This document shows positions 12,666-23,616 of a DNA stretch of 64,000 bases, in pieces. The stretch lies in contig JASCQW010000032.1 in the NCBI GenBank assembly GCA_030264375.1, positions 66,855,174-66,919,173 of the forward strand, read 5' to 3'. The DNA is from Carcharhinus longimanus. Its lineage: Eukaryota. A program made the translations under genes and the position numbers. The notes under the pieces were generated by a model. The model was not told where the DNA came from. It worked only from the letters and a program-made list of their open reading frames with translations, and did no database searches. Each line of letters begins with the position of its first letter. Position 1 is the first letter of the stretch.

Positions 12666-14782
12666 TGCTTAAAAATTGTGGGCAAACTGTGAGTAAAAGG
12701 GGAGATTTCCAACTCAAACATGCAGAGAGTCAAAAAGAATTGAGAAATGTATTAAGGAAAGGTCATTATTACTTTGAAGCTGGAAAAAAGCCAGTAAATC
12801 TACAGACCATGGCAGTGACATCTTGTGCTAAATGAGGCAAGGATGTTGTTGGGACAGTTTTTAATCGTAATTACATCATCATATCATGCACGGACAAATG
12901 CATTAGAAATTTAGAAAAAGTTGTAGTCATTCTTTAGTGGCTCCTTTTAATGTGGAGATAAAACTTGTGTTTTGGTGAAAATTACTTATCGAAGATATTT
13001 ACAATCAGGTACGTGTAGGTTTCAACCAGAAAGCATTAGTTCAATGTTCTATTGACAAGAGGAATCCAGACTACTGCAGTCATTCCACCATAGAATAGTT
13101 GAGAGTTTAGCCACAAAGTCCAATTCATGGGGGGTTTAATGCTTGTCTAAACTATAATGAAGTGTCAATTTATTGGTGCTGTTGTAGGAATCAGTCATAA
13201 GTTGTGTTTTTTTTGTCATTTCCAGGTCAGTTATAGTCCCTTGTGGTTTAATAATTCAAAATTCAGTTCATTCAACCTGGATTCTTGAATTCAACAAAAA
13301 AAATGTTTTTGGCACATCTTTGTTCAGGTAATTAGTGTCTGCAATTTTGAAGCCAACATAATGCAAAGGCTATTGTTATTATTATATATAGGTGGATTAT
13401 ATATAGGTGTAATGCCATTCTTCTACACTTGTAAACTCCAATGATCTTATACATTAACATAATATATAAATGTTAAACATTGTAGGAAAGCACAACCTGT
13501 GTTAGGACAGTAAATACCAAAATGAACTTGACGGAAGAACTAGGGAATTGCAGAGACGCCCAATAAGAAAACTCTATTTTACTATAAGACTTAATCTGTA
13601 ATTATTGTCACATTGAAGGTGTAGCTATTAAAATTTGATTTTAATAGAGAATTGACTTGATTTTAAATAAATTCTAATCATTTTGAATTTTAGAAGTTTA
13701 CAAATTAAATCAGTATTTAAAGAGGGGGCTCATTAGACTACATAACGATAGACGAAAAATGTTATAGAAATTAAAGTCATAGTACAGTACTGAAGGAGGC
13801 TATTCATTCCTTTCAGTCTGTGGTCAAGGGGCACTAAACCAAATAGTACCCTGCTTACGAAATGTACAATTTAGCAAAAAAATATAAATGTAGCATATTG
13901 TCTACCCTCAATTTTGTGACTTAAGGAAAAAAAATCTTCAAAACGCTTGAATATTTTAAAGATTTGGCGGATTAGCTGAGACACAGGATACTCCTAGTGT
14001 GGAGAGGTAACGTTACAATCATGAAGATACATCGCTTCTATTCACGAAAGATTTATTTCAACATAAAACAGGCAATTCTTAAAATATTTTATGTGGGAGA
14101 AATCAATTGAAACTCCTATGCCAGAAAGAAATATATTTTATATGCATGTCTAACAACACAGCTGTTTAAATCCATTTACAATAAATTGGCATTGCAATAT
14201 ATTTTGCCTTCACCTACAGAAGATCATAAAAAGAAGCCACACTACATATTAAACAATAAAACTCACCAAGGCACAAATCAACATGGATAAGCAGGCTGGC
14301 TAAATTCAGTCACAGCTGCCATCACTTTGCATCCACAATTATATGAGATCAAAGAAGATAATTTGTGTTGTGATTTTATTCTGAAAACTCTTCATTCTTG
14401 ATATAATTCCTTTGCTTATTAATGGTTAATTTTTTTATGATGAAAGACAGCAGCGACCAGCGGCCCTAAATATTTTTCAGGAGGGTTTACTCAAATGACA
14501 CACTTTCCAAACAACTGTAAAATAACTACAGAATATTTTCACAAATTAGAAAAAAGCTTCTGCGGCATCCTTCTCTACACCTGATGAAAATGGAGTGAAA
14601 TTGTTTACAGCACTCTGGAAATGGTTGCTAACATTTTTGCCAGTGGTTAGTGATTACTGCTGACAATATTTTGAATAGCCCAATTACAAGAACATTTTGT
14701 GACCATTTGAGAGGTTTTTAGAGATAGCCTCACTTAATTTATCATCAGTGAATGCATTGTTCAATGCATTGAATTATATATA

Positions 14783-14908
14783 TATCACTTAGCTTTTGAC
14801 AGCAGCATGTTTATATATATATATGTATATATATAGTGTATATTTTTATATATATATTTATTTATATATATATATAAATATGCTGTTGGAAGCAAAAGGT
14901 AAGTGATA
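14783..14908. repeat. Inverted repeat around a (TA)n-like core
   Basis: Left arm tatcacttagcttttgacagcagcatgtttatatat is largely complementary to right arm atatataaatatgctgttggaagcaaaaggtaagtgata. Confidence 0.8.
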
Positions 14909-17900
14909 GTTTCAAAATAAGGCTGCTTCACAAATGATCATTGTTCCTGAATGAAAAGATTACAGACTTAGCTCAAAGGCTGTCTTAAAGGAAGATCCTG
15001 ATTGGTTGACAACTATGACAAAAATGCTCGATTTCACTCAGTCTTACTGTTTCTCATTGTTCTGCAACAGAGCTCTGTGAAGTCAACAAATAGCCAGTAA
15101 TGCAAATTGCATGCAAATTTCCATAAGACGTAAAATGCCACACATCCATAATGAACTATTTCAGAGACGTGCAATTATCTAGATTTTGGTGCACCAGGGT
15201 CCATTTTCGCTGTTGGCTTTTCCTCATCTGAAAACAGTCCCCAGGGTGTTACAACCTATGAATATCAACCCACCTTTTTTGGTTCAATGTTGTTGGAATT
15301 ATTATTGAAGTACGATTGTAGATACATCTTAGAAACTAGTCCTTGAAACACATTTTCCATGATACCCAAGACCAGAGGCAAAATGTTACAAATTTGCCAT
15401 TGGAATATACTGAAATCAATGCAGCATTCCACAATCTTCCATGCGAATGAATGCCTTGTTATACTGTTTGTTCAGGACTGTTAGTCACATCTTTAATTTA
15501 CTCTGCTGGACAAATCAGTGCATTAATATTTTAATCAATGCACCTTATTGTGGGCGTGTAATTTTTCAAAATGCAAGGAAATTGGAAGCAAACATTTTTG
15601 TGTTATATTTCATTCTTAAACCTTTTCTCACAAATGACCCTAATATTCAGTAATTGAGCCTTCAGATCTGCAATTATTCATCAAACAGTTTGGATGTGGC
15701 TTCTCGTTTGATGCTCAACATTAACCTAAAATATGTTAAACCGCATTTATTTTATCGATCAACTGTCATTATTTTGCACTGTAACATTCTAATACTCACA
15801 CATATTGAGGTCTGCGTGTAATTACTGAGCAGCCCATTTACGAGGTGTTTAGATTAATTGGTTCTGTTTTTTCAAACATTAATCTTGCAAAAATAGTCAT
15901 TACCTCGTGTCAAATTTTAAGATTAAAAGATGATTGGCTGAAGGATCTCCATGTCGCATAATCTAAATATAATGCTAACAAGAGCCATATCCGCATTTGA
16001 GCACAGGTTGGAGAATATTAAGAGATGGCTCAGAACAGCTTGAGGTTAGCAAACAGAGCTTGAAATGTAAACCCCGAGGCACAATGTGGATCAAAAATTG
16101 AGGGTTAATTATTCAAGCAAATTTAAAAAGATAGAGTTTATCAATATTTTTTCTTCTTATTCTTTGCAGTTATTATTGGAGAACGATAGTTTACTCCCCC
16201 TGATAACTCAATGAAGTAAAAACCATACATGATCACAAAGGCCTTTGAATCACTCCCTGCTTTGTGCTGACTTGGCTAACCAGAGCTGGGACAGTACAAT
16301 TGGCAAAATTGCCCCATTCCTCCTTATAATGAGAGAATGGGGGCAAAACAAGGAAAAGCTGAAGGTAAAATAGTATATGATCCTGATCACCATCTAACAC
16401 CCAGTGCCCAGAAATCCATCTTTAGTGTATAGCATTGGGTTCAGCTATCATGTTTCATATGTTCAAATTGCTCACCCACACCAAATTTGCTCAGATCAAA
16501 TAGCCACTTTGATCAGATACTGGAGGTTACTACCTTCCATACAACCACACCCCAGTATGGGGTGCTGTATTCAGAAAGGGAGACATCACAGAAAATACAA
16601 ACTTTGTAAAAAGGGGAATGTACCCGGAACCTATTAGTTATGGAGAAAATATGGCCGCCATCACCACGTCTAATTGTGTTGTTGAATGAATGGTCACCAT
16701 TTATTCAGCAGTCTCTTACAACTTATCTGGAGGCTTCCCAAAGAGGAAACTATTTCAGGAACATGAAGTGACTGAATAGATGACACTGCCTACCTCAGCT
16801 TGACTGGGACTCCATGGTGTTATACAGCAACTCCATAATTGCATTTGTTACTTGTAATTGCATAGCATAAGCTACGTATTTTTAAGATATGAAGCTAAAG
16901 TTCAAGCCATCAGATTCTCCAGTAAGGAATGCCCAACGCATCGTTTCTTAGATCTGGCCAAACTTCCTCTCCAGTGTAAAGGATCTTATTAGGCAGACAA
17001 GTAGTGCTTGTTCTGGAAGAAGAAGCTTTTCCGATCCCAGTGCAGTAAGTTTACCTTGCGGCAGACACTACATTGTTCGCATGGTGAACTCTGGTGATTG
17101 CGCGGGGTTGGGGGGCGGACATATCAACTTGTTGTTGTTAATGAATCCTGGAATAGCGAGAGGATTATGCGTTCTGGATATGAGCATATTCACCGCTTAC
17201 TGTCTCCTTGTCTGGAGAACGGGGATGACATGTCACGGCGGCTGTCTCTTTTAATGGCTTGAAGGGAGAATTTCTATTGCACTTAGGGGCTTGGACAAAT
17301 GATGCAAACAAATAAGCAGAGAAGACGGCCACACTAAACAACCCTGCATCCAGCAATGTCCATGAGGAAAGGTTGGTTAAAACACAGAACTTCAAAGTGT
17401 TAAGCTGCATTCATGCATGATGCACACTTTCTAAAAATTCCAATCTCTGGGAAGAGGGCTGGCTGGAGAAGGCTCTGCTACCTTGGGGCTGATGAGTTAT
17501 GCTGGAACTTTTGCACTTGTGCCACTCAAAGCCGTTCTTGTATCAAGACAATCAGTAGCAGTATACCTGCCGTTTTAGATTGCCTCTCTACAAATGTCTG
17601 GCCTTGGAATTGAAGTGATGGATGTCTGCATTCTGGGACGAGGTAGCTTCAATCCGCAGGCAATTTATTTCTCATATGGACAGTATCCAAAAAAAAGGCA
17701 ATATTTTAACTCAGTTGGCCCCCCCCAACCCGTCCCCAGTCTATAATGCCACCGTATCTGTAAAAGTCTCCTCGCAATTTAAAGCAATTTGATTTGAAAC
17801 TTTAGTGCGGTAAAGGATGGAACAAAAGGCTGCCTCATTGAATGGAAGGGGCAGAGAGTGGAGCGTTGAATCTCTTATCTCGCGGCTGCAGCTTTGTAAT

Positions 17901-18652
17901 TCATTGCGATGATAAAGCACCCAAGCAGAAAACATTACAACACTGACACAATCCAAAAACGGATTAGATTCTGACATAAGCTCACTCAAAAACTAATCAA
18001 TCAACTCCTTGCTGTAACATCAGGAACCAGTGCTTAAGTGGAGTGCTTAATCTCCGCGAGTTGTATTACCAGAGACTGCGCGCCCCTTTGGAACAGGAAT
18101 AAACCACGCTCTTTGCCAAGTGAATACTCCGGGAGCCTCTGGAGGTTGGGCTGAGACAGTCAAGAGGAAGTTCGGGGGGGGGGGGGGTAGAAAAATGTCC
18201 AATTAATCATCCCCTTTTAGGCAAATGGGAATGAATGATCACAATACTTCGAGACCATCTCAACAGCCAAACTTTCAGTCGACCCTCACGCAAGTCACCG
18301 CAGTGGGTTGTGAGTTAAGGCAGGGTGTTTAAAATACTTCCCGTTTGTAAGCCAAGTATTAGGCACAGTTGATGCCCTCGCCCTTCACTGCAATCTTTGA
18401 GCTCACCTCCTCCGACATGAACTGGAAAGGATGTATCCAAATGAAGCCCCAGCTAGGTCCCAGCCAGTGCGGCAGACACTTTACTGAAATATATACATCA
18501 GCGCCCCAGAACAACACTTTAAAGTATTGATCAGTGTTGTCCCCAGCCCTTGGTTTGGTCAGTTCCACCTCCCCCCCTTCCCCCCCACACACATATATAT
18601 ATTTATATAAATAAAGTTCTCAATTAAAGCAAAGGAGTAAGAAAGCACTCAC

Positions 18653-18709
18653 CGTCTGAAGAAGGCATTGCAGCAGAATGAGAAGGAGCGGATGAACTGG
18701 GTACCTCAT
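18653..18709 (-). CDS. First coding exon (signal peptide only, MRYPVHPLLLILLQCLLQT) of a secreted/membrane protein; neurexophilin-like (NXPH2/NXPH4) is the best guess
   Basis: The minus strand reads gccaggATG AGG TAC CCA GTT CAT CCG CTC CTT CTC ATT CTG CTG CAA TGC CTT CTT CAG ACG|GTGAGT: A at -3, a basic-then-hydrophobic peptide, exactly 57 nt, and a consensus phase-0 donor. Neurexophilin genes encode 17-19 aa in such an exon before a large phase-0 intron. Family identity is inference; no downstream exon was found in the window. Confidence 0.65.
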
Positions 18710-18816
18710 CCTGGCTTGCTGTCAGTGAAATGATGCCTGTGGCTCGGCTCTCGCATATATCCAGTGTTGGGGATGGACTGGGGCAGAGGGGAGGGCGAGC
18801 ACTGTGCCGGGGGGTC
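18653..18816 (-). other. Exon 2 (5' UTR plus start codon) of the minus-strand gene
   Basis: Pyrimidine-rich acceptor (ttctctctctttcttggccgcttcgttgtacAG|gacccc; AG at 18818-18817) and GTGAGT donor starting at 18652. Confidence 0.65.
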
Positions 18817-19003
18817 CTGTACAACGAAGCGGCCAAGAAAGAGAGAGAACAGAGGGGGGGTGGGGGGAGGTATGTAGGAGAAAAGAAATAATCAGACAGG
18901 CAATTCCTCGATTTCTCTGATGCTACGGCTCGAATTCAAGCTTCGAGTCATTAATGGTAACCGGGAAATTGTTTAAGATGCGGGTTTAAATCGCGTGTCT
19001 TAC

Positions 19004-19491
19004 CGTCACTCCCAGGCTGTCAAATGCTCTTTCTCTTTAAGTGTGATTGAAGATTCGAAAATGCCACTGGGGGCTTGGGGGTGGGGGTTCAATCTGTCTT
19101 CAGCTGTCTCTCTCCAAGATGGAACAAGTTAGTTAACACATTTTAGGCATCCCACACAGTGTGTTGATTTTTTTTGCACTACAGAGTTTGGTATAGTTTT
19201 TTTTCCCTTTGAATTTTGTTTGGCTATTCCCTGGCCCCGGACACAGGTACTGCCGGTGAGTTTGATCATCCGCCCTGACTCCCTGTAGCCCCAGAGATGT
19301 TGCTGATTCCCCAGTTGTGCTTCAGTGGGTTTGACACACGCCACGTGGTCAGCTGAAATCGCTCTCTCTCTTTCTGTCACACACACACGCACAATGAAAT
19401 TGCCTCTTCACCACTGCACCAGTCAAAATCTCAAACTCTCTATTTCCACCTGGGCTGGACTCTGATTAATTTATCACCCCTGCAGCTATCT
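19004..19491 (-). other. Putative non-coding exon 1 (5' UTR); 5' boundary inferred
   Basis: Donor agtgacg|GTAAGA at 19003 pairs with the acceptor at 18817 to give a 187-bp intron. The start is placed about 30 nt downstream of a TATA-like motif. Confidence 0.5.
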
Positions 19492-19760
19492 GCCAAAGAC
19501 TCTGTACCCCTCTCTATTATATATACACTGTAGACGTGTATGCATGTGAGGGAAGGACCTGAAATCCCAGCTCGGTGGAGAGCTGCACCCCAAGCCTTGC
19601 GGTAAATCCTCCTTCTCTCCCCTTTAAACACAAAATCCCTCCTCAGGCTGCTCTGATGAAACTCTCAATAGGTGACAGCAACTGCAGAGGGAGGGGAATC
19701 ACTATTGATAAAATCACTCAAGTTAACATCCTTTAACCCCGAGTGGGCTGACGGCTGCTA
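19340..19760 (-). promoter_or_regulatory. Putative core promoter/proximal regulatory region
   Basis: TATATATAAT on the minus strand (19525-19516); CACGTG (19342-19347) and CAGCTG (19350-19355) E-boxes; locally raised CpG across about 18.0-19.4 kb; no TE insertions. Confidence 0.45.
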
Positions 19761-20359
19761 AGGTATTTCCCATATTCTAGGGGAAAATAACACGAGGCAA
19801 TTCCACACAGAATATACAAGTATGTCCTGATGTGACTGACGATGGATTCCTGATATTTGAACTGAGGAGGGAAGCAGGCTACACAACACCCCAACTTCCC
19901 CTCCCGAGGTTTATCACTTCACCTGAGCACACTTGTTTGATTATAATTTGCCAAAACTTAACAGCTCCTGTCTGCCTCTGGGTGCAATCGATACATAATG
20001 GGCGGTGGGCGGGTGCAGTCTAATATTGTGCAGTTAAAAATACACCCTCACTCAAAAACAGATCAATTCATTAGATGATTTTTTTTCTCTCTGTTTGCAG
20101 ACACCCGGGACTGAGAAACTGATTGGACAAACTTGAATATTTCTCCTTTTTCAACCCGGAGATCACTTTGTATCTGTTATAAAGTTTATACAACAGTTCG
20201 GAAAATGAATGTGCGCGTCGCCCATACAGGATTGATTCCAAAATTCATAGTGGGACGGTGTGGGCAGCAGTCTGGAGAGATCCTCATACGCTGCTGGAAC
20301 TCTTCCCGGGGTCAGGACTACACTCAACCGCTCACACAACCGGGAAGAACTTTCTGCAG

Positions 20360-20570
20360 TATTAACAGAACATGCTGGGGGAAGGTGGAGGGAAACTCAG
20401 CAGGTCTAGCAGCATCTGTAAGGAGAGAAAGCAGAGCTAACGAAAGAGCCACACGGACTGTGGACTCTGTTTCTCTCTCTCTCTCTCCACGGATCCTGCT
20501 GAGATTTTCCAAGCACCCTCTGTTTTTGTTCCTGATTCCGGCACCCGCCGTATTTTGCTTTCATTTCAGA
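20360..20570. repeat. Hairpin-type Penelope-derived short repeat
   Basis: aactcagcagg...ggagagaaagcagag arm and inverted ctctgtttctctc...cctgctgagattt arm. Confidence 0.65.
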
Positions 20571-21519
20571 ACTTTTTCGCAGTTTGGCAGTTTGCTTTAG
20601 ATTAACTTATCAAAGATATCCGTTCACTCTAATCAGCTGCCCCAGTTGGTTTAAATCAACTGAGGGAGAACGCCCCCCTCGAAATAATAAAAAAACCAAA
20701 AAAACCCAACTGCATTTTAGGGAAAAGGTTTTGGGAATGTTTAATCTGAATTGTGCAAGGATCGCAAGCGTCCTTAATCTAAAGGCACTCCATTAGCGCA
20801 TTCTAGTGGTCAGTGTGTGAGGTACACTATACTGAGTTTCACATGCTCTGTTCAATTCAGGGTTTTTTTTTATTACATTCTATTTTTTGTTGATTCTGCA
20901 CTATCTTTTGTTTTATGCTTCTTATGCCTCAATAAATAAAACACATCCAGCAGGGGAACTGTCGGACTTAACTTAATTCCAGTAAATCCAATCAGAAGGA
21001 GCAGATAGCGCAGTTATCAGTGGTTAATCAAAGGGAGAGGAGCAAACGCCATGTAGCACAGCCATGTCCACTTAGCGTCCTGGACAGAGTGGGATTAATT
21101 AAATAAATTATCGGTGTGACTTCTATTTTATCCCAATGTGCTGAAGATCATTACACCAGGCAGGGTGCTTTCATAATGCCCAGTTCGTAGATCATGCGAA
21201 CTGTCTCTTTCCTATGTGAACTTCAATGGTCATTATCTTGAAAACTTCCTTCAGAAAGGCGGCAGCTTGGGCATGAATGGATTGTGTTCCAACAGTGATA
21301 TAGAACTGACGTGAGATTTACTTCCTTAACTCCACCTAAAAGTAATGTACTTCTGCAAAATCACAATTCTGTGACTTTCTGCTGCATATGGATGGCATTT
21401 TCATGTGACCTTTGTTTCTCTGCAGCTCCTGCACCATCTGTAGCATTCACTTTTTGTATATTTATCAATAAGAAAGCATTCCTATTCAAAAGGAATTGGC
21501 ACACGGTGACTGCAGTTGT

Positions 21520-21829
21520 GGTTGCAGCACGGTGGTTAGCACTGCTCCCTCACAGTGCCAGGGACCTGGGTTTGATTCCCAGCTCGGGTCATTATTTGTG
21601 TGGAGTCTGCATATTGTACCCAACTCTGCATGGGTTTCCTCCGGATACTCTGGTTTCCTAACACAATCTGAAATATGTGCTGGTTAGATGCATTGGCCGT
21701 GCAAGATTCCCCCTCAGTGTACCAGAATAAGTACTAGTGTGTGGCGACTGGGAGATTTTCACAGTAACTTCATTGCAGTGTTAATGTAAGTATATTTGAG
21801 ACACTAATAAATAAACTTTTAAACTTTTT
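21520..21829 (+). mobile_element. HE1/V-SINE-type SINE, tail type B
   Basis: Head ggtggttagcactgct...gggtttgattccc, central domain, tail ttttcacagtaacttcattgcagtgttaatgtaag...acactaataaataaacttt. Confidence 0.85.
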
Positions 21830-22267
21830 GTTTAGAGAAATGTTTTTTTGCATTGTTGCATCTTGTGTACCGTGTTGAGCCATTGTTGCACGGCCACTGA
21901 AGTTACTCCTTTATGAGTAATGACTTCCGGCCAATGCCATTTTTACTTACCGCATGCATGGTCTCAGGAGTGTGCATCTGAACTTGAATGGATTTTGATA
22001 GCTGCAGGAGAGCCAGAAACAGCCGGGAATAGCTAAAATGTTAGTCTGCAACTTTGTGCAGAACATTGACTGCTGGGCGAGTCAGTATGGCTTTGAATAT
22101 CTCAGTGCTAACTCCTAAAGAGATGAAGGGAGATTTGAGAATGAATTGGAAATTCTTCGGGTCTCAACGGCAGGACAATGAAATTTCCACCACTTTGTTA
22201 AACAAAAAACCTGAACAAATGTTATCAATGCTGGGGAAAGAGAAGCACTGAGAAGCAGAAAAAAAGT

Positions 22268-22548
22268 ATAAGTTTTTATTTATTGTCAGTACAATGAAGG
22301 TACTGTGAAAGTCCACTAAATGCTACACTCCAGTGCCTGTTTGGGCACACTGAGGGAGAATTTAGCATGGCCAATGCACCTAACCAGCATATTTTTCAGA
22401 ATGTGGAAGGAAACTGGAGCACCCAGAGGAAACCCATGTGGACACGGGGAGAACATGCAGACTCAATGGAGACAATGATCCAAGCTAGGAATCGAACCTG
22501 GGTACTCTGGCGCTGTGAGGCAGCAGTGCTAACCACTGTGCTACCCAC
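22268..22548 (-). mobile_element. HE1/V-SINE-type SINE, tail type B
   Basis: Reverse-complement match to 21520-21829, with a small tail deletion. Confidence 0.85.
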
Positions 22549-23299
22549 ATCTGAGATCATGAAACTTCTGGGGTACATTACAGCACTTAATGTATGGGTA
22601 GCATCCTTACATAGAATGTTTTTGACCTTATATATCCATACTGCACATATATGTACCTTTCAATGTACACATAGTGTACTAATTTGAAATGTTCTATTCG
22701 TCGCCAACAAAATTATAAAATTGCTCTTAAGAAAACACAGGGTTGTTAATGAGAGTTCATTAAGGAGTATTGCACGCTCCACAAGAGGAACTCCTTTGAC
22801 AGAAGATAAATGTTGGTGGCGTCTCACCTCTAATCACACCCGGTTCTGGAAATTTCCACAAGCTGAAGCAACAGGGCAATTTGCCACTTAATTTCTGTGG
22901 CCTAGAAAACTGTTTGATGTGTTCATTGGGAATTCAGGAGAAACATTTGTGAAATGGCATGGGTCTGACCTTAGCTACTCTGGAGGTTTCAGAACAGAGT
23001 TAATTTTTCCTGTGTGGTGTGCTTTGTTGGCAGTTTATATAAGAAGCTTTTAAAAGATTTGATCAACAGGCGAAGGGACAACAGGCTTTTCCTATTGGCT
23101 GTTCTTGTTCAAGTCACTAGTCAGCTTTCCAGGGATAAAGTGGGTATCAGACATATACAAGAGTAAGGTATGAGATTGCCTAACAGCATACGTGAAGGAA
23201 CTGCTTTATGAGAGTTACAACTGTTTATGGGATAGATAGGTTATCTAACCTTCACCGCACAGCAAATCAGCAACTGTATTAGAGTATGAAGATTATTGT

Positions 23300-23616
23300 T
23301 GAATCCCTACAGCATGGAAGGAGGCCATTTGGCCCATCAAACCTGCACTGACAATAATCCCACCCAGGCCTTATCCTTGTAATCCCATGTATTTACCCTG
23401 CTAATCCCCTGACACTAAGGGGCAATTTACCATGGCCAATCATCCTAACCTGCACATCTTTAGATGTGGGAGGAAACTCGAGCACCTGGAGGAAACTCAC
23501 ACAGATATGGGGAGAATGTGCAAACTCCACACAGTCACCTGAGGCTGGGAATCAACCCAGGTCCCTGAACCCTGCTGAGAGGCAGCAGTGCTAACCACTG
23601 TGCCACCGTGCTGCCC
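23300..23616 (-). mobile_element. HE1/V-SINE-type SINE, tail type A (CR1-like)
   Basis: Full head and central domain; tail gatgggccaaatggcctcctt...gctgtagggattc. Confidence 0.85.

Noticed and set aside
14578-14610. CTGATGA...GAAA hammerhead-like string
   Set aside because: Stems I and III cannot be formed.
17040-17420. Possible extra minus-strand exon (donor caag|GTAAAC at about 17054; 81-aa ORF at 17165-17410)
   Set aside because: No convincing acceptor or recognisable protein similarity; the nearby ATG meets a stop after a few codons.
18624-18836. 70-aa minus-strand ORF (MAASLYRTPRHS...)
   Set aside because: It starts at TTG inside the intron and reads through both splice sites; the signal-peptide frame from ATG 18709 fits the exon far better.
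19566-19586. RE1/NRSE-like motif CCCAGCTCGGTGGAGAGCTGC near the promoter (and a weaker one at about 21071)
   Set aside because: Mismatches at conserved left-half positions of TTCAGCACCNNGGACAG; not supportable without a PWM score or conservation.
20133-20600. 155-aa plus-strand ORF
   Set aside because: TTG start, no recognisable domain, and the second half is a hairpin repeat.
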